Shown here in pieces: positions 10,383 through 21,223 of a stretch of 64,000 nt of DNA; positions within the stretch are counted from its first letter, which is position 1; each line of letters begins with the position of its first letter. Origin of the DNA: a virus; IMG/VR virus record IMGVR_UViG_3300020201_000009, positions 64,001 to 128,000 of that record. One strand, written 5' to 3'. A program made the position numbers and the translations under genes. The notes below the pieces were generated by a model. The model was not told where the DNA came from. It saw only the letters and a program-made list of their open reading frames with translations, and did no database searches.

Positions 10383-10472
10383 AAAGGAAGGATTCATAGT
10401 GCGCCAAATTTAACAATGGCATGTCTTAGTTGCAATTCATTAAAAATTAATTTTAGATCAAATGGAAAATAA
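10383..10472 (+). pseudogene. C-terminal remnant of an HNH endonuclease
   Basis: startless frame KGRIHSAPNLTMACLSCNSLK matches the xKGGxHxxxNLxxACxxCNxxK HNH tail. Confidence 0.6.
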
Positions 10473-10596
10473 ATTCGAAAACTTTGTTATTCCGGTAACA
10501 TACATGGTTGGTTATGCCCAAGTTCATTTAGATCAACTGACCCAATTTAAAAAATGGTAAATAACGAACATAGAATTTTAATTAAAAATAAATAAA

Positions 10597-11619
10597 ATGG
10601 CAATTAAAGCACAAATTATTGCCGATTCAATTGGCCCAACGAATAAAAGGCTAACGACTTGGATACTTGAATATCCTCGGTTTGTTCATAGTGAACTAAT
10701 GACACATCGCGTATTTTCGAAAAATGCGGCTAGTTCTAGGGCTATTCCTGTTGAAAAGATGATCCAAAGCGTTATTGATAATCCCGCAATACCGGTTTGG
10801 TGGGGCAAGAATCAAAGTGGTATGCAGGCGAATGAAGAATTGGATAACAATATTCGTAGGCCGCGCCTATTGGAAGATGAACATAAAGAATTTAAATCAC
10901 ACTGTACTGGTTACGAGCATGGAGATGACGGATTTAAATTTTATAGATATGACCTCACTGATTTAGAATTTTCTAAAATTCTTTGGCTATACGCAAGAGA
11001 TGGGGCTATTAATAACGTTCGAGGCTTATTATCTTTAGGGCTTCATAAACAAATTTCAAATCGCATTCTAGAACCATGGTTCCATATGCGTATCATCCTT
11101 TCTGGTACGGATTTTGATAATTGGTTTGCTCTTCGCGCACACAAGGATGCGCAACCAGAAATTCGCGCTCTGGCCTATGAAATGTTGGAAATTTATAATG
11201 CCTCAGAACCAAAATCGCTAAATCCTTTTGACTGGCATATTCCGTTTGGGGATCAAATGGATGACATTAAATTGCGTAATGCGGTTATGAAGATTTTTAG
11301 TGAGAAACCCGTCATTGATCGCGAGACACAAGATATCGATCTTAATGAATATAAAATTAAAATTGCTATCGCACGCTGTGCGCGTATTAGTTATTTTAAT
11401 TATGAAGGTAAGGATGATTACTATGCTGACATTAATCTTTGTGAAAAATTATTCGGCTCTGTCCCAAGGCACTTGAGTCCAACCGAACATGTCGCGCAAT
11501 GTTTACGAGAAGACATTAGCTATGGCAACTTTCGAGGCTGGAAACAGTTTCGGTATAATTATTTTGATCAGAGTTTAGTTGATTCAAGAGTGATTAAGAA
11601 AACTTGGAAAAATTCTTAA
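10597..11619 (+). CDS. thyX: flavin-dependent thymidylate synthase
   Basis: HSELMTHRVFSKNAASSRAIP, NRILEPW, AQPEIR and HLSPTEH motifs. Confidence 0.92.
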   Translation: MAIKAQIIADSIGPTNKRLTTWILEYPRFVHSELMTHRVFSKNAASSRAIPVEKMIQSVIDNPAIPVWWGKNQSGMQANEELDNNIRRPRLLEDEHKEFKSHCTGYEHGDDGFKFYRYDLTDLEFSKILWLYARDGAINNVRGLLSLGLHKQISNRILEPWFHMRIILSGTDFDNWFALRAHKDAQPEIRALAYEMLEIYNASEPKSLNPFDWHIPFGDQMDDIKLRNAVMKIFSEKPVIDRETQDIDLNEYKIKIAIARCARISYFNYEGKDDYYADINLCEKLFGSVPRHLSPTEHVAQCLREDISYGNFRGWKQFRYNYFDQSLVDSRVIKKTWKNS

Positions 11620-12072
11620 ATCGTGAGTCAATACCTTTGTGACAATGAACTATGTAAGAGCCATTGTTTAATTGAACCGTTTCGAGGCTTCAAAGATCCT
11701 AACCAAAAAGGGTGGTCCGATTATCAATATTCAGACGGTTTTAAAGCCAATGTCCGGAAAGTTGAATGTAAAAACTTTGATCCTAATAAACTAATAAACT
11801 ATTGCGCATCCTGTAACAATATGATATCATTTCCAATTCAACTGCCAGAAATCCAAGAACCATGATCACTAGTTTAAAAGAATGGCTACCCTTTACAGAA
11901 TCAATTTCTTATATTAAAATTGAAGGTGGTATTATTATCCCAGTAAAACTTAAAAGAGAAAACGATATAGCTAGCCAATGGATAAGTGAAATTGATGAAA
12001 AATCTTACGATTGTAAATCTTATAAGGTATGGGCTCCCCATTACCATGATTTTGTAGATAAAATAAAATAAA

Positions 12073-12465
12073 ATGAAATATAAATTTAGAATATACGATG
12101 TTAATACAGAATCCTATATGGAACATGGCTTAAGCGGCAATGTCCCAATCTGGAAATCCGGTTTGGGCGGAATTACATTAGACATCGCTTTAGCCGCTGG
12201 CGTAACGTCATTTATAGTAGAAATGATGGTACCAAACAAATTTGATAGTACGGATCAAAAGATATTTGAAGGCGATATCATCGAAATCGAACGTTATGGT
12301 CGATTCTCCGGTTCAATGTATTTAGTTAAATGGATTTGTCAACCGACGGGACATTCTCTTGGTTTGGTTGATCAATCGGGCTTTTCTTTGTCAATATGGC
12401 CAGCCAAGATCGATATGACTGTTGCGGGCAATATCAATCAAAACCCAGAACTTTTTAATGAATAG
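12073..12465 (+). CDS. YopX family protein
   Basis: KFRIYD...IFEGDII...VAGNINQNPEL. Confidence 0.8.
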   Translation: MKYKFRIYDVNTESYMEHGLSGNVPIWKSGLGGITLDIALAAGVTSFIVEMMVPNKFDSTDQKIFEGDIIEIERYGRFSGSMYLVKWICQPTGHSLGLVDQSGFSLSIWPAKIDMTVAGNINQNPELFNE

Positions 12466-13003
12466 AAAGCCAGTCATAGGTGAGCGGGTACAGGTAATCG
12501 GCTTGGAAGGTTACGAACCCCAAAATATGAAAGGGGCATACTGCAAGGTTGATGGAATATTTCTCGATACTGTATATCTAAAACCTTTTCGAAAAAAAAA
12601 CAAAATTGAAGTCGATTTAAATCAAATCGTTTATTTAGAACCCCCAAAACCAGATACTCTGTCTCAAGAAGAGAGAGTATCTATACTAAAACGCATTGTC
12701 AAAGCGGAGTATTTTACCAGTCAAAGTATTGGAATGGAGATTGCTTTTTTAAATCGGTTAGTAAAAGATAACCCAAACTTGGGTTTTTGGAGAAACGGCT
12801 TCAATCCCGATTACCAAGTGAAATCTATGATTTGGTGGATATCGGGTGGTAAAGATCAGCTACATACTATGTACCAACTCTTTACAACAGATATTAACAA
12901 GCCTAAAGAAAATTTGATTCAGAATCTTCAAAAAGAAAAAATCGGCGAGGATATTGTCTTGACAAAAAAACCAAAATCACTTATAGACTTGTTCGCAAAG
13001 TAG
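12422..13003 (+). CDS. hypothetical protein (start probably near 12458)
   Basis: long ORF in operon context. Confidence 0.6.
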   Translation: MRAISIKTQNFLMNRKPVIGERVQVIGLEGYEPQNMKGAYCKVDGIFLDTVYLKPFRKKNKIEVDLNQIVYLEPPKPDTLSQEERVSILKRIVKAEYFTSQSIGMEIAFLNRLVKDNPNLGFWRNGFNPDYQVKSMIWWISGGKDQLHTMYQLFTTDINKPKENLIQNLQKEKIGEDIVLTKKPKSLIDLFAK

Positions 13004-13251
13004 CGATAACATATGATTACCGGACACACAAAAAATAAATCCCAGAGCATGAAATCGGTTTATAAAAAACCAAATGATCAATTTTGGAAAAATTGTTTAA
13101 TGAAAGTCTTAGCGGCTATGTATCACGAAGAATGCACTTGGGCATCAGATCAGTGGCAGAAATATGGCATTTCCAACGCTGACAAGGGTAAAATTGAAGA
13201 GGCATTTAAGCTTAATCAAAAATCTGTTGAAAACAAAAAGGATCAATAAAT

Positions 13252-14412
13252 ATGGCAAAAAAGAAGGTTTCCGTAGAGGAAAACGAACAGATAGACGGAG
13301 TGGCATTAACACCGAATGATATTCTAAATGCGGAATTAAGTTCTAAAGAGAATAAAAATTCTCATTACAATTTTGAAAAGGAAATTGTTATACCAAAAAT
13401 ATCAAGCGGTAGTCTCAACGTGGACTTAGAGTTAGGAGGGGGATTTTCATCCGGTTTACAAAGGTTTGTCGGTTTTACCGAAGGCGGCAAATCCAGCGCG
13501 TCATTAGAAATGATGAGAAATTTCTTTCTCGTTGTACCTAACGGCAGAGGCTTATATGTAAAAGCTGAAGGAAGATTATCAGAGGAGATTAGAAATAGAA
13601 GTGGTCTTAAGTTTGTATTTAAAACTGAAGAATGGTTAGACGGCACATGTTTCGTATTAGAAACGAATACTTATGATTTGGTCATTAATGTCATGAGGCA
13701 GTTAGTATTTGCTGATGACAAGAGCACAAGATACTTCTTTATCTTAGATTCGATGGACGGATTAATCTTAAGAAGCGATATGGAAAAGGAAATTACGGAA
13801 GCGGGCAAGGTTGCGGGCGCTCCAGCGTTAACGAAAAAATTCCTACAACGTTGTTCCAGTGCCATGAACAAATTCGGGCACATTTGCGTGATGATTGGGC
13901 AGGTTTCGTCGAAGGTGGAAATCGACCCATATGCATCGAAAGAAGTGCGGCAAATTTCAGCAACGGGAGGTAACGCCGCAATGCACTTCGCGAACTGGAT
14001 TATCCAATTCGAACATCGGAACAATGGAGATTTAATCTTGGAGAATGCAAACGAGAAACCAGACCCATTTAAAAATAAGATTATTGGTCACTTATGTAAG
14101 ATTATTCTAAAGAAAACCCCAAATGAAAAGAGTAATATTATGATCAAATATCCAATTCGATATGGTCGCACGGGCGGAAATAGTATCTGGAGAGAATACG
14201 AAATTGTTGATATAATGCTTATCTATAGACTCTTAACAAAGAAGGGGGCTTGGGTTTCAGTATCAGAAGAGTTAGTAAAAGAAGCGAAAGATAGTGGTTT
14301 AGAATTAAAAGAACAGCATAACGGACAGGCAGCTTTCCGTGTATATCTAGAGGATAACGCACAGCTTACAAACTGGTTGTTTGAAAAGCTTAAAGCGACG
14401 ATTTCCTCTTAA
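13252..14412 (+). CDS. recA: RecA/UvsX-like recombinase
   Basis: ISSGSLNVDLELGGG, Walker A GFTEGGKS, Walker B FFILDS, TGGNAAMHFA. Confidence 0.92.
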   Translation: MAKKKVSVEENEQIDGVALTPNDILNAELSSKENKNSHYNFEKEIVIPKISSGSLNVDLELGGGFSSGLQRFVGFTEGGKSSASLEMMRNFFLVVPNGRGLYVKAEGRLSEEIRNRSGLKFVFKTEEWLDGTCFVLETNTYDLVINVMRQLVFADDKSTRYFFILDSMDGLILRSDMEKEITEAGKVAGAPALTKKFLQRCSSAMNKFGHICVMIGQVSSKVEIDPYASKEVRQISATGGNAAMHFANWIIQFEHRNNGDLILENANEKPDPFKNKIIGHLCKIILKKTPNEKSNIMIKYPIRYGRTGGNSIWREYEIVDIMLIYRLLTKKGAWVSVSEELVKEAKDSGLELKEQHNGQAAFRVYLEDNAQLTNWLFEKLKATISS

Positions 14413-14831
14413 TGAAGTTAACCAAGTTAAATTCCTATAAACTAGTCAATATAAAAAATTTACAAAAGTATTATATTGATTGGGATTATAAGATTTCTGG
14501 CCCGCAGAAAAGAGTAAAAGATTTCTTATATCCTTATTGGAGAACTCATTGTGTATTAGAGGAGCTTATTATTCCGGGAAGCCTTCTAAGATGCGACTTA
14601 GTAAATTTAACTAGATCTATCGTTTTAGAGGTTTCCCCGCTTCAGCATACAAAATACAATGAATTTTTTCATCGTTCTCTTTCTGGGTTTAAGGAATCTC
14701 TAAAACGCGATTTAGCTAAAGGGGCATGGGCGGAAAGAAATGGGTTCACTTTTGTAGAAATTTTTGATGATGACTTAAAAAAGGGTCTATCAAAAGCATG
14801 GTTTTTAGAAAAATATAATATTACACTATAA
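14412..14831 (+). CDS. PD-(D/E)XK / Vsr-like endonuclease
   Basis: LRCDLVN...VLEV...QH...RDLAKGAWAERNG pattern. Confidence 0.65.
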   Translation: MKLTKLNSYKLVNIKNLQKYYIDWDYKISGPQKRVKDFLYPYWRTHCVLEELIIPGSLLRCDLVNLTRSIVLEVSPLQHTKYNEFFHRSLSGFKESLKRDLAKGAWAERNGFTFVEIFDDDLKKGLSKAWFLEKYNITL

Positions 14832-14832
14832 T

Positions 14833-16128
14833 ATGGCATTAACAGAAGAGTTTAAGAATAAATTGAAAAAAGTTTTGACGGAGCGTAATCTTACCGATAC
14901 TGAAGTTCGTGAGTATATACGAGAGACATTACATTTAAGCAGGTCACAGGGAAATAAGATCTTTAATAAACTTTTATCGGAATTTGAAAAGGAGTCTGCT
15001 GGTCAAAAACCCACTGAGGTCTCTCAGTTTTGGAAGTTCCGAACGATTCCCATAAAGCCGCCAAAGCCAGCGGCGGCATTCAAAGCTAACGGTAATAGTG
15101 CGACCGCCGAAGTGAAAGGGATTGATTCTATCAGGACCCTAGAAGATCTTGTTGCATACTGTAACATTGATTTGAAAATTTGGGAACCTAAATCATTCAT
15201 TTCGAATATTTGGGACGAAAAATTACAAGTTAAAGCGGAGTTTAAACGAAGGGCCGATCAAACTAATATTCAAGATTTGATTAAATTCTTTGCCAAAGAA
15301 TCTGCTAATTTTAGCCCAACTAATTTTTCCTTCAATAAAACAGTAAAAAAAGGTAAGACTATTATTTTGAATCTACAAGATCTTCATTTAGGTAAACTTT
15401 CGACTAATAAAGAAACGGGTCACGGTAATTATGATTTATCAATTGCGAAAAGTTATTTTATTAACGCCGTAGCTAGTATTATGGAAAAAGCCCCCTTGAA
15501 TGAAATTGAAAAGGTCGTTGTAATTTCTGGGTCGGATTTAATCCATTTTGACACAGAGGAAACCACCACGACAAAGGGCACCCGATTAGATGGCGATTCG
15601 CGTTGGTCAAAAGTATTTAATGAGGCTTGCTCCCTCATGTCCAAAGTTGTTGAAGACTTAGCAACCCTCTTCAAGGTTGAAGTAATCGGAGTTTACGGGA
15701 ATCACGCGCGTCTAAGCGAATACGCTTTAGGAGCCTATTTAAAGGCTTTCTTTCGCAATCATCCTAACGTCACGGTCAACAATGATCCGCTAGACCGTAA
15801 ATATGTTGGATTCGGAAAAACGTTGGTGGGTTTCGCTCACGGAGACGAAACAAAATTAACAGATTTACCATTAATAATGATGCGGGAAAACCAATCGACG
15901 ATTTCTCAATACGAACATATGATTTTTCTTACTGGGCATATTCACCAAGACAAAGTAATCGAAGTCAAGGGTATTAAAGTTATGGTTGCACCCGCTTTAT
16001 GCCCACCCGATAAGTATCATTCCGCCCATGGGTATGTAGGTAATGTACAAACTTCTCAGGGTATTGTACTGGGAGAAGATGGGTTAGAAGCTATCTTCTA
16101 TTCTAAACCGCCTGCAAAGATGGTTTAA
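14833..16128 (+). CDS. calcineurin-like metallophosphoesterase with N-terminal extension
   Basis: DLHLG, GSDLIH, GNH, AHGD and GHIH motifs. Confidence 0.85.
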   Translation: MALTEEFKNKLKKVLTERNLTDTEVREYIRETLHLSRSQGNKIFNKLLSEFEKESAGQKPTEVSQFWKFRTIPIKPPKPAAAFKANGNSATAEVKGIDSIRTLEDLVAYCNIDLKIWEPKSFISNIWDEKLQVKAEFKRRADQTNIQDLIKFFAKESANFSPTNFSFNKTVKKGKTIILNLQDLHLGKLSTNKETGHGNYDLSIAKSYFINAVASIMEKAPLNEIEKVVVISGSDLIHFDTEETTTTKGTRLDGDSRWSKVFNEACSLMSKVVEDLATLFKVEVIGVYGNHARLSEYALGAYLKAFFRNHPNVTVNNDPLDRKYVGFGKTLVGFAHGDETKLTDLPLIMMRENQSTISQYEHMIFLTGHIHQDKVIEVKGIKVMVAPALCPPDKYHSAHGYVGNVQTSQGIVLGEDGLEAIFYSKPPAKMV

Positions 16129-16405
16129 TTTCCTCAACAATAGTAGGATATTTATTAGAGGGACCGGGACGGAAACCGTCTCTGGCCTTTGTAAACATAT
16201 CATTGGTTAGATGAATATCCCTAATATCACTAACCAAAAACTGTTTCCATCTGTTCTCTCTAGTATCGAAACCAGAGAGGTGGAGCATATTCCCCGCAAT
16301 TATCCCCAGTTGGTGCGGTTCAATGACCCTCATTTTGTCTCCGTAGAAAAAGCAAATAGCTCTCATTTCTGCAATCGCTTTGCGAATCAAGGTGGTTTGG
16401 TTCAT
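16103..16405 (-). CDS. stand-alone WYL-domain protein
   Basis: IRKAI...FFY...RVIEPHQLG...WKQFLVSDI; has its own TTGACT promoter on the minus strand. Confidence 0.75.
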   Translation of the reverse strand: MNQTTLIRKAIAEMRAICFFYGDKMRVIEPHQLGIIAGNMLHLSGFDTRENRWKQFLVSDIRDIHLTNDMFTKARDGFRPGPSNKYPTIVEEIKPSLQAV

Positions 16406-16458
16406 TCCCCGTTAGCTTGCGTCGCACACGTTTAAAGTCAAGCGAATTTTTTTATACA

Positions 16459-17961
16459 ATGTCGTCAGAGTCCTTTTACAATATCGAGTTGGAACTATCC
16501 TTTATTGCTGGTATTTTACAATATCCAGATCTATATAATGAAATATCACACATAACCTACAAAGATTTTTCCAACCAAAATGCGTCTATTTATTCTGTTA
16601 TCAAAAATGTAGTAGAAAACAAGGGGGAACCGACACCGATTGTTTTAGCTAACCACATGAAGGCCATTGGTATCAACCTAGATGGGGTTGAGCCAATTGA
16701 TTTGCTTGTCGGGTTAATGCGGAGAGGTGTCACTAAGAAGGGGATGTTTGAAATTGCCAAGGAATTAAAGACAATCGCACTTGTAAGAACCATTTGCGAA
16801 AATGCAGATAGGTTAAAGAGAGAGGTCATTGATAACAGAAATAAATCTGGAACTGAAATCATTGGTTTAATAGATAAGTATTTAGGAAATACTATTACGT
16901 CTTTAGAAAGCGATGAAGGTGGCGCGGTTAACTTAGACGATGGTATGGCCGATTATTTAGACGAATTGGGGAATACCCCTATCGACTCAGTTGGGTTTAA
17001 TACCCCGTTTGAACTTTGGAATGGCTATTTCTCCGGACTGGAAAAGGGGGCGGTTTCGATGGTCGGAGCTAGAACTGGTTCGGGTAAGAGCACTTTCCTA
17101 ATCGCCATGGCTGATGGTATAGTAAATAAATGTAATCCAGATAGGAACATAAAGGTTTTATATATCGATACTGAGATGGATATAAATAAGCAAAGAGAAC
17201 GTGTCGCGGCGGCAAGAATTGGGTGTCCGTATCATTTAATCCGTACTGGTAATTACAGAAGAGATCCCGTTTGGGCTCCGAAAATGAGAGAGGCTATTCT
17301 GCTCATGAGAGATAATAAGAAAGAAAACTTTTGGTTTAAAGAGGGACACGATTTAACAGGTACCGATTTAAAGAACTTTATTAAACGCTGGTTTTATCGT
17401 TATGTTGGCAGAGGTGGCGATGCTTTAGTTGTTTTGGATTACTTAAAACCGCTTGCCTCGGATATGATGAAGTCCAATCGCGCCGAATGGGAAATTATAT
17501 ATCAAAAAATGCAGATGTTAAAAGATGTAGCTCTAGAGTTAGGAATTCACATTATGACCGCTATTCAACTTAATACATCGGCATCGACTAAAGATAAGAG
17601 CATGGGACAAGTAGACGATACGGAAAACGCCCTAACAATGAGTAAGCGTCTGGATTGGTTGCTTAATTGGTCGGGCATCCTTCGTAAAATGATTCCTGAC
17701 GAAATGGCCCTATATGGTCCAGAATTTGGCACTCACGTTTTAATTCCCCATAAATCTCGCGAACAGGGTATTTTAGGTTCTGGGCATCATAATCTTGTAA
17801 AGGTATTCCGTGAAAAAAAAATACGCTATGTAGATAACTTTCTCACCTATAGAATTGAAAATTTTAGGGTAGAAGAGACCGGCGATCTCAAAATGATAGC
17901 TGAGCAAAAAGGTTGGAATAAAGTACCGCTGCAAAAGAAAGACGAATCGCTACCAATATGA
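16459..17961 (+). CDS. dnaB: replicative DnaB-like helicase
   Basis: GARTGSGKS, YIDTEM, VLDYLK and AIQLN motifs; ATG at 16459 preferred over TTG at 16417. Confidence 0.92.
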   Translation: MSSESFYNIELELSFIAGILQYPDLYNEISHITYKDFSNQNASIYSVIKNVVENKGEPTPIVLANHMKAIGINLDGVEPIDLLVGLMRRGVTKKGMFEIAKELKTIALVRTICENADRLKREVIDNRNKSGTEIIGLIDKYLGNTITSLESDEGGAVNLDDGMADYLDELGNTPIDSVGFNTPFELWNGYFSGLEKGAVSMVGARTGSGKSTFLIAMADGIVNKCNPDRNIKVLYIDTEMDINKQRERVAAARIGCPYHLIRTGNYRRDPVWAPKMREAILLMRDNKKENFWFKEGHDLTGTDLKNFIKRWFYRYVGRGGDALVVLDYLKPLASDMMKSNRAEWEIIYQKMQMLKDVALELGIHIMTAIQLNTSASTKDKSMGQVDDTENALTMSKRLDWLLNWSGILRKMIPDEMALYGPEFGTHVLIPHKSREQGILGSGHHNLVKVFREKKIRYVDNFLTYRIENFRVEETGDLKMIAEQKGWNKVPLQKKDESLPI

Positions 17962-18815
17962 TCGATACAAGTATATTAGAAAAACTCTGTAAAACCCCCC
18001 AAGGATGGCAAGCAAGATGTCCAGCTTGCGCGTCCGAAGGCTCGGATAAATCGGGAAACCATCTTTCGATATTGGCTGATGGTCGTTTTAATTGTGTTAA
18101 ATACAGTGGGGATAAAGATCATAACAAAACGATTTTAGCGTTAGCTTCGGGGGAGATACCCGAAGGATTTTATGTTCCACCTCAACCCAAAATCGAAATG
18201 CCTCAAGAGTGGCCGATAACGATTCTAGATGGATTAATTAAAGAATATAGTTACTGGGTTAAAAGAGGGATTAGTGTTGAAACTTGTGAAAAATTCCAAG
18301 TAGGTGTTGCTAAGAAAGGCCAAATGCATGGAAGAAGCGTATTACCTATTTTTAACATCGATCATACAAGAATAATTGGGTTTACCGGCAGAAAAATGGT
18401 AGAGACTTATAATGGCCCGCGTTGGAAACATTTGGGAGACAAAAAAACGTGGCTTTATACTGGGCAATTATATGTTCCAAAGAAGATGGCTAGAGTTGTC
18501 CTTGTGGAATCTCCCGTTTGTATTATGAGGTTATCCATGGAAAAAATTGATGATACATTTTGCTTATTTGGCATTAAAATGACAAGCGCGATTATGTCTT
18601 ATCTAATTCAATATAATCCAGACGAAATATTGATTGCTACTAACAACGAGATCGAAAACAATTCCATTGGCAATTTAGCGGCAGAAGATATTAGAAATAA
18701 ACTACTTAACTTCTTTTCTGCTAATAAAGTAAAAATTGCATTACCAATTGCCAAGGATTTTGGTGATCAGACAGAAGAACAGATGAAAGAATGGAAATCA
18801 AAATGGAGCATCTGA
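17958..18815 (+). CDS. DNA primase (Zn finger + TOPRIM)
   Basis: CPAC...HLS...C, IIGFTGR, VLVES and KDFGD motifs; follows the helicase. Confidence 0.85.
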   Translation: MIDTSILEKLCKTPQGWQARCPACASEGSDKSGNHLSILADGRFNCVKYSGDKDHNKTILALASGEIPEGFYVPPQPKIEMPQEWPITILDGLIKEYSYWVKRGISVETCEKFQVGVAKKGQMHGRSVLPIFNIDHTRIIGFTGRKMVETYNGPRWKHLGDKKTWLYTGQLYVPKKMARVVLVESPVCIMRLSMEKIDDTFCLFGIKMTSAIMSYLIQYNPDEILIATNNEIENNSIGNLAAEDIRNKLLNFFSANKVKIALPIAKDFGDQTEEQMKEWKSKWSI

Positions 18816-18863
18816 ATGGACTTGACACTATGATCAGTTTAGATATCTTTAAACAAAATTAAA

Positions 18864-19793
18864 ATGGCGATCAGAATTTCAGCCTCACGGCTCAAAAGTT
18901 TAAAACAATGCAGTTGGAAGTTTTATTGTAACGAGGTTCTAAAGCTACCAGAAACCACACACCCAAAAACAATTGTTGGTAGTTTAGCCCATTCGATTTT
19001 AGAATGTTTGCTGAATTCACGTCATAGAAAGCATTATAACAGTATCATGTCTGGGATTCCAAGTATATATAATTGTAATTCGATTGCTCGTTTGGTTGTA
19101 TGGTGGCAGAATAAGCATAAAATTAAACCAGAACTTTTAGAAGATCTTAATTCGATGGTTATGGTTGTTTTAACTTTAACCGATTATTTCGAAGAGAAAG
19201 CTGACGAAGTATTCAAACCGGAACATGAGTTCCTTTTTACTATTTGTGAAGGGAAATATCAAATTAAAGGGTTTATTGACAGAATGGCTAGGACCGGAGA
19301 TTTGATGATTATCAAAGACTATAAAACCCAAGGTAAGAGATTCGATGAGGACGAGTTAGCAAATAATTTTCAAGCGGCAATGTACCAAATGTATGTGATG
19401 AAAAAATTTGATTTAAAAGCGTCAGTTCAGTTCATCATGCTTCGTCACCCGCCAACAAATCGGACCCCATATAAACATATTCAAACAGTTTCGGCTAGGA
19501 CAAAAGAAGAGTTAGAAGGTTTTGAATCTTATTTGGAGTATATCGGAAGTATTTTCTCTAATTTTGGTATGGAGCACGCGACAATGAATTTTTGTGCCGA
19601 TAATCCAAAAGATAAAGGTTTTTGTACCTACGTTTGTCAATTTAAGTCTGGTCTTGAATACCAATCTTTAATTGATGCAAACGGAAAATTGGTAAAGAAT
19701 GCTTTTATGGATGAAATTTTAGAGCCGGATTATCTGTCTGGAGAAAAAATTGAGATAAAAACTTATGAGGGTTGCCCCAGATTTCGGGGTTGA
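18864..19793 (+). CDS. PD-(D/E)XK nuclease (RecB/AddB/Cas4-like)
   Basis: ISASR...C, GSLAH, GFIDR, IIKDYKT, QAAMY motifs and C-terminal Cys cluster. Confidence 0.88.
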   Translation: MAIRISASRLKSLKQCSWKFYCNEVLKLPETTHPKTIVGSLAHSILECLLNSRHRKHYNSIMSGIPSIYNCNSIARLVVWWQNKHKIKPELLEDLNSMVMVVLTLTDYFEEKADEVFKPEHEFLFTICEGKYQIKGFIDRMARTGDLMIIKDYKTQGKRFDEDELANNFQAAMYQMYVMKKFDLKASVQFIMLRHPPTNRTPYKHIQTVSARTKEELEGFESYLEYIGSIFSNFGMEHATMNFCADNPKDKGFCTYVCQFKSGLEYQSLIDANGKLVKNAFMDEILEPDYLSGEKIEIKTYEGCPRFRG

Positions 19794-19824
19794 CTTTTTT
19801 ATCAGGAAATAGCAGAATCAAGAA

Positions 19825-20442
19825 ATGGAAAAAATCAGCTATTGCTCTCTTGAATTTATAGTTGGAGAGCATACTTATTGGCTTCGCAGTAATTGTGCTG
19901 GAAAGACTAAAGATCCTTACTTTCTTTTTGTTAAATTACCAAAAGTTTTATTTTTGGGTAAAGAGCTGATTGAATCCAAATTAATTTCCCCTCATACGGG
20001 GATGTATGTTTTAAGTAAACAAGGATTGACTCGTAGATATCTAATGTTTGATAGCGGTGGCCCCCCACCAGAAAACTATGTCCCCGATTTAAATTTTGAC
20101 TTGGAAGAGTTTGAAACGATTAGATGGCAAGATATGTTTTGGTTTTTAAGGGAAAATGGTTATACAACTCAAGAGCTTACGTCTTTTTGGATCAGGCATA
20201 TTGTACAAACAAAAGACGAAGAATCAAAGGAGCAAACCAAATATGTTATTAGCGAATTTTTGCCCTCCCAAGGTGGCCTATTGTCATTTATGTCCCTCGG
20301 TCAACACCCCGATTTTAGTATTTCTTGGGACATTTCACAAAATTTCTCATTAAAAGGTTTGTCATTAAAAGGTTTCGATACGGAATTGAAAAAATTAGAA
20401 ATAGTTTCAATCTTTTATGCTAAAAATTATTGGTATGTCTGA
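19825..20442 (+). CDS. hypothetical protein
   Basis: 205-aa ORF with its own promoter TTGACT-N17-CAGAAT. Confidence 0.6.
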   Translation: MEKISYCSLEFIVGEHTYWLRSNCAGKTKDPYFLFVKLPKVLFLGKELIESKLISPHTGMYVLSKQGLTRRYLMFDSGGPPPENYVPDLNFDLEEFETIRWQDMFWFLRENGYTTQELTSFWIRHIVQTKDEESKEQTKYVISEFLPSQGGLLSFMSLGQHPDFSISWDISQNFSLKGLSLKGFDTELKKLEIVSIFYAKNYWYV

Positions 20443-21223
20443 AGAAGTTCTTGGTGTCTTTTATGAAAACGGTTCTGGAAAATCAATTCTTACGAATTGG
20501 TCTCTAAAAGAAGTCGAAGACGCGGGAGATGGCTGTCCCGTTTCTCTTGTTCAACTCGCCAAAGAAGAGGGACTTAAGGAAATATTGGTGATCAGTTCTA
20601 ATTTTAGAACGTTTATTCCCCTATTAGAGAATATGGATAAGATTGGGGTAAAACTGACTTTTGGCTTAGAGATTTTGATGACCAAAGATGCTGATGATCA
20701 TTCAGATATTTCTCGTTGGTCTAATTATAAGGTTATTGTAATAGCCAAGAATTCCAAGGGGCGATTAGATTTGTTTAAAATTTTCTCCGCTTGGAAAACG
20801 CGGAAAGAGAATAAATATTACGATTTTCGTTTTGATGAAAAACAATTATTACCCTTACTTACTCAAAATTTACAACTGGTATATCCATTCTTTAATTCTC
20901 CAATAGCCAAAAATCTGTTAGTTCATAATTCTAATATCGTTCCAAATCCGCCACCTGATACAATTCTTTTTAGAGAAGTCGATTCGGAGCATCCGCACGA
21001 GGATATTATTAATTCAACTTTGAATCGTTATAACGGCGATAAAAGATTCAGGGAAATCCGAGTAAAAAGTATCTATTATAAGAACAGGGAGGATTTTAAG
21101 AAACTCCTTGTATTTAAAACAATTTTAAGCGGAGACGGTAATTTTAGTGCGCCAGAAATGTCGTATTGTTGTTCAGACGCTTTTTGTTATGAGTCTTTAA
21201 AGGAAGTAAATAAAAAAGTATGA
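20417..21223 (+). CDS. stand-alone degenerate PHP domain of DNA polymerase III alpha
   Basis: KSILT...LAKEEGLKEI...FGLEI...VIAKNSKGRLDLFKI resembles the DnaE N-terminus; sits upstream of a PHP-less DnaE. Confidence 0.75.
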   Translation: MLKIIGMSEEVLGVFYENGSGKSILTNWSLKEVEDAGDGCPVSLVQLAKEEGLKEILVISSNFRTFIPLLENMDKIGVKLTFGLEILMTKDADDHSDISRWSNYKVIVIAKNSKGRLDLFKIFSAWKTRKENKYYDFRFDEKQLLPLLTQNLQLVYPFFNSPIAKNLLVHNSNIVPNPPPDTILFREVDSEHPHEDIINSTLNRYNGDKRFREIRVKSIYYKNREDFKKLLVFKTILSGDGNFSAPEMSYCCSDAFCYESLKEVNKKV

